Positions 57,074 to 64,000 of a DNA stretch of 64,000 bases are shown here, piece by piece. A program made the translations under genes and the position numbers. The notes under the pieces are model-generated. The model ran no database searches, was not told where the DNA came from, and saw only the letters and a list, made by a program, of their open reading frames with translations. The stretch is from Tubulanus polymorphus (Eukaryota > Animalia > Nemertea): positions 17,766,150 to 17,830,149 of the forward strand of contig NC_134026.1 in NCBI RefSeq assembly GCF_964204645.1, in the 5' to 3' direction. The first letter of the stretch is position 1, and the number at the start of each line of letters is the position of its first letter.

Positions 57074-58335
57074 ACTAGGGGTCCAGGGACAATGCCCACT
57101 TGAGAAGTGGTTTCAAATGCTCAACAACCTAACAATTTCAATATTCAACGCCCCCTGGTGACCATATACAAAAACCAAAGACCTCGAAGCACACCACAAT
57201 CATAGAACATGTCAGCAGCTACGATTTTGTAATTGTTTGTGATAACAGAATATGCCTCATTACCAATTTAACATGGAAATACTTCCATATTATTCTACTA
57301 TTCAATAATGTCAATATGTCAGCAGCTATGATTTTTCAATTGATTGTGATAGCAAAATATGCCTCATTACCAATCTAATATAGAAATACTAAATTATTTC
57401 TACTATTCAACGCCCCCTGGTGACCATATTCAAAACCCAATGACCTTGAAACTCACCACAATCATAGAACATGTCATGAACTACAACTTTGCAATTGATC
57501 ATGGTAACAAAATATGCCTAGGTACCAATAAAATAAGGAAATACTAAGTTATTCTACTATTCAACGCCTCCTGGTGACCATATAGAATAACTTATGTCCT
57601 TAAAACTCACCAGAATCATAGACGATGTCATGAGCTACAACTTTTGATTGTGGTAACAAAATATGCATTGGTACAAATATAATATAGAAATACTAAGATA
57701 TTGTATTTATTGTATATTATTCAACGCCCCCTGGTGGCCATATACAACAACCAATGACCTTGAAACTCACTACAATCATAGAACACGTTATAAGCTACAG
57801 CTTTCTAATTCATTGTGGTAACAAAATATGCTTAGGTATCAATATATGTCAAAAAACTTTTTCCCACCTACGAATGAGTACTGATGACACCAAGATGGCC
57901 GCCAATTGCATCATAATTGGCTGATCAAAAATACCTGTCTCAGGTATAAAAAATAGCTTTCCAAAGAATACCCATCAGCAATTGAATTGAGAAATGGCAA
58001 ACCAGTAGGAAGCTACAGGACTCAGAATTTGGGCCAAAATTGACAATCAAAAAGTTCAAAAACGTGTAAAAAGTGCTGATTTTGGCAAACTACAATGGCT
58101 GCCAGTCGGCCATCTTGATTCTGACAGGGCCAATTTTTTGGCTGAAGATGTGTCTAGGGTAGATAGATGTGTAACCCAAATATCAAGACATAACATTGAA
58201 GCATCTTCAAAACTCCCCAAAATAACTGGATTCCATCTACGGTCGGATGGACGAATGGACGCTACGACGCACGGACGGACGACGGACAAAAAGTGAATGC
58301 AATAGCCCACTGGGACTAAAGTCCCACAGGGCTAA
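57074..58335 (-). mobile_element. HINE family 1 copy
   Basis: Same termini, microsatellite and ~154 bp array. Confidence 0.8.
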
Positions 58336-58377
58336 AAAGGGAAAATCCTAGTAATACTTAGGTGTTTACAACTTAAA

Positions 58378-59171
58378 ACTAGAATGTCGCTGAAGACGAC
58401 TGATGCCCCCACATCAGGTGAAACGCCTGAGAGTAAAGTACAAGATTAATTCACTAATTATTTTACATAGTAATCGTAAACAATCAATGAATCAGAGCCC
58501 AGAAATGAAAATTCCAAAACAACTTCTAGTGACCTTGACCTTTGACCTACAGGACCCAACATCAAACCAGTTATCTATTTGTTCTAGGACAATCCATCAA
58601 TTTAATTTCACCAAGTTATCTTAAACCATTTATGAGTTATAGCCCGGAAATGAAAACAGCAAAATAACTTCTGGTGACCTTGACCTTAGACCTACAGGAT
58701 CGGATATCTAAGCAGTCACTGAAGGTCTCTAGGGTAACCCATCCATAAAATTTCTGCAAGTTATCTTAAATCGTTCATGAGTTAGAGCCCGGAAATAAAA
58801 ATACAAAACAGCTCCTGGTGACCTTGACCTTTGACCTACAGGTTCCAAAATCTAATCACTTACCCACGGTCACTGGGATAACCCATCCATAGAATTTCAC
58901 TGAGTTATCTTAAACCGTTTATGAGTTTGAGCCCGGAAATGAAATTTACAAAATGACTTCCGGTGACCTTGACCTTGGACCTACAGGATCCAAAATCTAA
59001 TCAGTTACTAACCTCATCTAGTACAACACAGTTGTTAAATTTCAGGAAAATTTGTCAAAGGGTTTGGGTGCTAGGGCACGGAAACCACTGCGGACATACA
59101 GACGGACGGACGGACGGACGGACAACGAAGTGAATATAGTATGCCCCCCACAACGCATTGTGGGGGCATAA
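58378..59171 (-). mobile_element. HINE-like element family 3 with ~4 x 147 bp tandem repeat
   Basis: subTIR atgcccccaca at both ends, hairpin gcccccacaa..ttgtgggggc, (gacg)n, repeats containing gtgaccttgacctttgacctacagg. Confidence 0.75.
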
Positions 59172-59262
59172 CTACGACATAGAGACAGATTTTAAACGAT
59201 AATGATAATGAGTAACTTGACGAATTATACAAGTTTTAGCAGTACAGAAATTCTAAGCTTAC

Positions 59263-59360
59263 CTCCAATCGCTCACTGTGAGAACTAGTAAGATGTCTTG
59301 GATCAGCCAAGTTGAGGAAAGGCCGACTTACAACTAGATATCCTATCACAGTAGCAAAAT
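59263..59360 (-). CDS. ABCD3: ABCD3 exon
   Basis: (Y)FATVIGYLVVSRPFLNLADPRHLTSSHSERLE. Confidence 0.93.
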
Positions 59361-59421
59361 CTGAAATTGACAAACAAGTATGGCTATGATGAAGTACATG
59401 TACTTGAAAATTGAATTATTC

Positions 59422-59895
59422 TACAGTAGAACTGGTTAAGTCGGTAAGCTTTAAGTCGGAAAATGGGCTAAGTCGGCCGAAATTCCAAGGTCCCGATTTT
59501 TTCAGTTCATTTTCCTATCAAAATCTTCTAGAATCGGCTAGAATATATGTTCCCAACATTTCAAAGCAATGCATTCTTCAATCAATAAGTCAGTCGGCTA
59601 ATTTCAGTTCATTTTAAATACATCGTCACTGGCACACAGCGTCTATTATACACCGGTAGATCGATTTTTCTGTCCACGGTCACATATTAACCACATGTTT
59701 GAAATAGTAGCAGGCTAAAGAATAGAGTATCGACCCCGTGTCACTGAGTTGTTAGGGTTTAGGGTCTTAATCTGTAGCATACTCGGATTTTTCTTAGAAA
59801 ACTCCAAAAATCCGACTTATTCATAATCGGAAATTTTCTAAGTCAGACATTTTCCCGTTGTCCCAACGTGTCCGACTTACACCAGTTCTACTGTA
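59422..59895. mobile_element. Tc1/mariner-like MITE
   Basis: ta-cagtagaactgg..taagtcgg ... ccgacttacaccagttctactg-ta. Confidence 0.7.
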
Positions 59896-59926
59896 TTTGA
59901 TAAATCTATCTTTGAATGAAACTTAC

Positions 59927-59996
59927 ACTTCGCAATTATAGTATCGATAAAACCCATAGAACATCGGAAAGATATGAATTTTCTTATATGATCAAC
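59927..59996 (-). CDS. ABCD3: ABCD3 exon
   Basis: VDHIRKFISFRCSMGFIDTIIAK|gtaagt. Confidence 0.93.
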
Positions 59997-61111
59997 CTTA
60001 AAAAGATAAATGAAGCAGGTCTGATTCTGACATTTTGTAGATGGTTAGTAGAATTAGGGGTCCAGGGATACCCTGCACACTTGGAAAAGTGGTCTGAAAT
60101 GCTCGACAATCTGAAATTTCAATGCCCCTGGTATATAACCAGAAACCAATCACCTTAAAACTTGCCAAAATCATAGAATATGCGCACTTGGGAAATGGCT
60201 TGAAATGCTCAAGAATCTGACAATTTCAATATCAAAAACCCTGTGGTGAACATATATAGACACCGATGACCTTGAAAGTCAACACAATCATAGAAAACTA
60301 AATATGGTAACAATATGGTGCACACAAAATATGAACAGGTACCAATATGATATGGAAATACTAAGTTATTCGATGTTCCCAGGTGACCATTCCCAAAAAA
60401 CCAATGACCTTGAAACTCACTGTAATCATAGAACATGGAATCAACTACAATTTTGCAATCAACTGCAGTCACAAAATATGCATAGGTACGAATATAAACA
60501 GACAAATTCAATGGGCAACTCCCCCTGGTTGCGAAAACAAAACTGGGTGATCCCAATTCCATGTCAGGAGATGTATCCTGTAACGGAGCTAACAATTATC
60601 AAATATCAAGACAATAAATTCAAACCTGTAGATATTTTCTTCAAAAACCCTTTTACTATCCACAAATGAGGACTGATGACACTTTGCTGATCAAAAACTC
60701 ATCTGATGTGTTAGAGACCCCTTACTAAAGCAGTATATCCATCACAAATTTCTATGAAAAATGACAAATCATAAGGAAAGGAACTACAGGTCCCTGAATT
60801 CAGGACAAAATGATTTTTTTAGATTCACGGCATGACCATCTTGTGTCCAATCGACACAATAATTAGGCCTATGTGCAAGATCAAGATAGTATTAGAGTTG
60901 CATGTGTGTGTGTTGGGTAGATGCATGTACATGTATGAACCAAGTATCAAAACAATCCCTCAAAGCATCTTCAAAACTTCCTATGATAACTGGAAACCTT
61001 ATTTTTATTTCACTGAATTGAACGGATTACTGGTTAGACCGGTACCGGCTTAGGCATAGTCTACTGTAGCATGTTGACAGATTTTGATATAGATCTGAAA
61101 TGATAACTCAC

Positions 61112-61181
61112 CAGTCTAGCGAACGTAGCTAAAATTGTGGCTTGCTCCCTGCGATTTCCTTGGTAAAATGCAACCTCTTCA
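61112..61181 (-). CDS. ABCD3: ABCD3 exon (EAA-like motif)
   Basis: (S)EEVAFYQGNRREQATILATFARL|gtgagt. Confidence 0.93.
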
Positions 61182-61301
61182 CTGTAAAAGCATACATATT
61201 ATCAATGAATATGTATTTGGTCACAGGAAAAATACTAATTCTTCATCACTTCATCAAGGGCATAGCACAAAACTAGGACAGTCTCTGTTAAACGTAATGA
61301 A

Positions 61302-62547
61302 AACTAGGGGTCCAGGGACACCATGCCCACTTGGGAAGTGGTTTCAAATGATCAACAATCTAACAATTTCAATATTCAACACCCCCTGGTGGCCATATAC
61401 AAACACCAATGACCTTGAAACTCACCATAATCATAGAGCATGTCAGCAGCTACGATTTAGAATTGATTGTGATAACAAAATATGCTTCGTTACCAATTTT
61501 ACTAATTCTACTATTCAACGCCCCCTGGTGACCATATGCAAAACCCAATGACCTTGAAACTCACCACAATCATAGAACATGTCATGAACTACAACTTTGC
61601 AATCATGGTAACAAAATATGCCGAGGTAATATATTATATAATAAGGATATACTAAGTTATTCTACTATTCAACGCCCCTTGGTGACCATATAAGAAATAT
61701 ATATATGACTGAATAACTAATGTCCTTGAAACTCACCACAATCATAGACGATGTCATGAGCTACAACTATGCAATTGATAGTGGTAACAAAGTATGCATA
61801 GGTATAAAAATAATATAGAAATACTAAGTTATTGTATTATTCAACGCCCCCTGGTGGCCAGATACAAAAACCAATGACCTTGAAACTCACCACAATCATA
61901 GAACACTTTATGAGCTACACATTTCCAATTGATAGTTGTAACAAAATATGCATAGGTATCAATATAATGCGGAAAACTTTTTCCCACCTACGAATCAGTA
62001 CTGATGACACCAAAATGGCCACTTATTGCGTCATAATTGGCTGATCAAAAATACCTGCCTCAGGTATAAAACATCCCTTTCCAAAGAATACCCATCACAA
62101 ATTGCAAACCAGTAGGAAGCTACAGGACTCAGAATTTGGACCAAAATTGACATTTTTGGGCACTAAAAAGGTCATAGGACAGCCATCTTGAGTCCGATCG
62201 ACCCAATTTTTCTTATGCTGATGGGCCATTGGGGGATTCCAATAAATACAAAAGATCAAGGTAATTGATGAAAGCGTCTTCAAAATTTCCCTCAAAAAGT
62301 TCAAAAATGTGTAAAAAGTGCTGGCGAACAACAATGGCTACCAGTCAGCCATCTTGATTCTGATAGGGCCAGTTTTTGGGTTGAAGATATGTCTAGGGTA
62401 GATACATGTGTAACCCAAATATCAAGACATTACATTGAAGCGTCTTCAAAACTTCCCAAATTAACTTGATTCCATCTACCGACGGACGGACAATGGACGA
62501 AAAGTGAACGCAATAGCCTGCTGGGACTTAAGTCCCAAGTGGGCTAA
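61302..62547 (-). mobile_element. HINE family 1 copy
   Basis: Same termini and repeat array; older degraded relatives at ~60053-61000 and ~63030-63930. Confidence 0.8.
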
Positions 62548-62574
62548 AAATATCTAGGCTATATGTAGGCCTAC

Positions 62575-62664
62575 CTATTAGTTATAAGACGAGAATTTAC
62601 AAATCTGAATTCTCCTTCATGTTGCTGTTCAATCATCGTCATTTTGCCAGCTGGACGGCGTAAT
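62575..62664 (-). CDS. ABCD3: ABCD3 exon (most 5' exon identified in window)
   Basis: ttccatag|LRRPAGKMTMIEQQHEGEFRFVNSRLITN|gtaggc. Confidence 0.93.
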
Positions 62665-64000
62665 CTATGGAAAATACATAATTTCTTATTGAATAGAAAG
62701 GCATGTTACTAATTCTTAGGAAAATACTAATATTGCACTAACGGGATGTGTAGATGATATGCAAAGGAAAGCGCATAAATACATACACAGTACAAAAACA
62801 TAAGAATTTATACCCATAGAAAGCATGACCTTATTTCGATTTTACAACCCTGTTCAAAGGAAGTTTAAATTTTTTATGCTTCAACCCAATATTTAAATAA
62901 TAACTGCTATCAGTGGTCTTGACTCTTGAAAAACAATGTAACTTGTCTTTACTAAAAAACTGGTACTTGAAATACATACCAAAGCATTACTTGGGGTACT
63001 GGTAGGCTTGTGATCTGCAACAAACTTGAGCTAGAATTTTGTAGTTGCTTCTGGTTACAAAATGCGCATTGGTACCAATATTCAATACATTGAAATACCA
63101 TGTTTTTCTGCTTTTTAATGCTGCCTGGTGATCATTAACCGTAACCAATGACCATGAAACTTATCACTCTCAAAGAGTATGTCATGATATACAATTTTGC
63201 AATTTATTGTGGTAACAAAATACGCCCAAGTACCAACATTTCTTGAAATACTTAGGCCTATATATTTTTTCCACTATTCAATGTCCCCAGGAGAACATAA
63301 ACAGAAACCAACGACCTTGAAACTCACCATTGTCATAGAGTATGTCAAGAGCAATAATTATGCAAAATATGCCTAGGGTTGTACTCTTTTATCAGATCGG
63401 AGAATCTGTTTGCCTCTTATTGTATTTTATTATTGGTCACATGACCTTTGGTGAGTCCAAAACCTCTTTTTTTGTCGAGGTGGAGTGATTTGGATTTTGT
63501 GTGGAGCCAACCCGAGATTTCGAATGGAGACATCGGGGTCATAAGAGTACATCCTAGGTACCAATATAATATGCAAACACTAAGTTATTTTGCTATTAAA
63601 TGCCTCTAGTGACCATACAAAAACCAATGACCTTGAAACTCACAACAATAGAAAATCTCAGGAGCTACAACTTTGCCATTGATATCGGTTAAAACATGTA
63701 TAGATACCAATATAAATAGACAAATTGTTTAGAATTCAATATTTAACTTCAACTGGAATATGGCATGAGCTACAATTTTGCAATCCACTGCGGTCACAAA
63801 ATATACATAAATACCAGTTTAATACAAATTTGATAATCAACTCACCCTGGTGGCAAAACCAAAAAATCGAGTGATCCCAATCCCATGTCAGGAAATGTAT
63901 CTTATGACAATTAACTTACAATTATCAAAACATCAAGGTCCAGTTCCACAGTTCGGAGTTAGGATTTGACCCTGAGTTAACTCATTGAAAATGAACTAAC

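Noticed and set aside
62940-63020. Possible further ABCD3 exon
   Set aside because: Translation does not resemble the expected upstream transmembrane segment and there is no matching GT donor in phase.

Overview
AT-rich, intron- and transposon-rich animal (probably marine invertebrate) genomic DNA, not prokaryotic. Four spliced host genes were reconstructed by hand from GT-AG boundaries and reading phase: the last two coding exons of EXOSC3/Rrp40 (+), a complete ISCA1 (-, 4 coding exons, 131 aa), a complete calcyphosin-like EF-hand gene CAPSL (+), and the 13 3'-most coding exons of ABCD3/PMP70 (-, continuing beyond the window). The most notable host feature is that CAPSL has three tandem, intact, diverged copies of its last coding exon (40192, 41556, 43266), each able to complete EF-hand 4. 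CAPSL intron 2 holds a full-length but mutated DIRS1-type tyrosine-recombinase retrotransposon (23526-35170; ITRs, ICR, gag, RT/RNase H/methyltransferase-like domain, YR) ending 21 nt before the next exon. Its leader contains a putative intron filled by a 6.4 kb self-nested Helentron-like (HINE) insertion. Several HINE-like families, 9-bp-TSD TAG..CTA MITEs, piggyBac- and mariner-like MITEs, a LINE fragment and a Penelope fragment make up much of the rest. Gene identities rest on recalled protein motifs; no database search was run.
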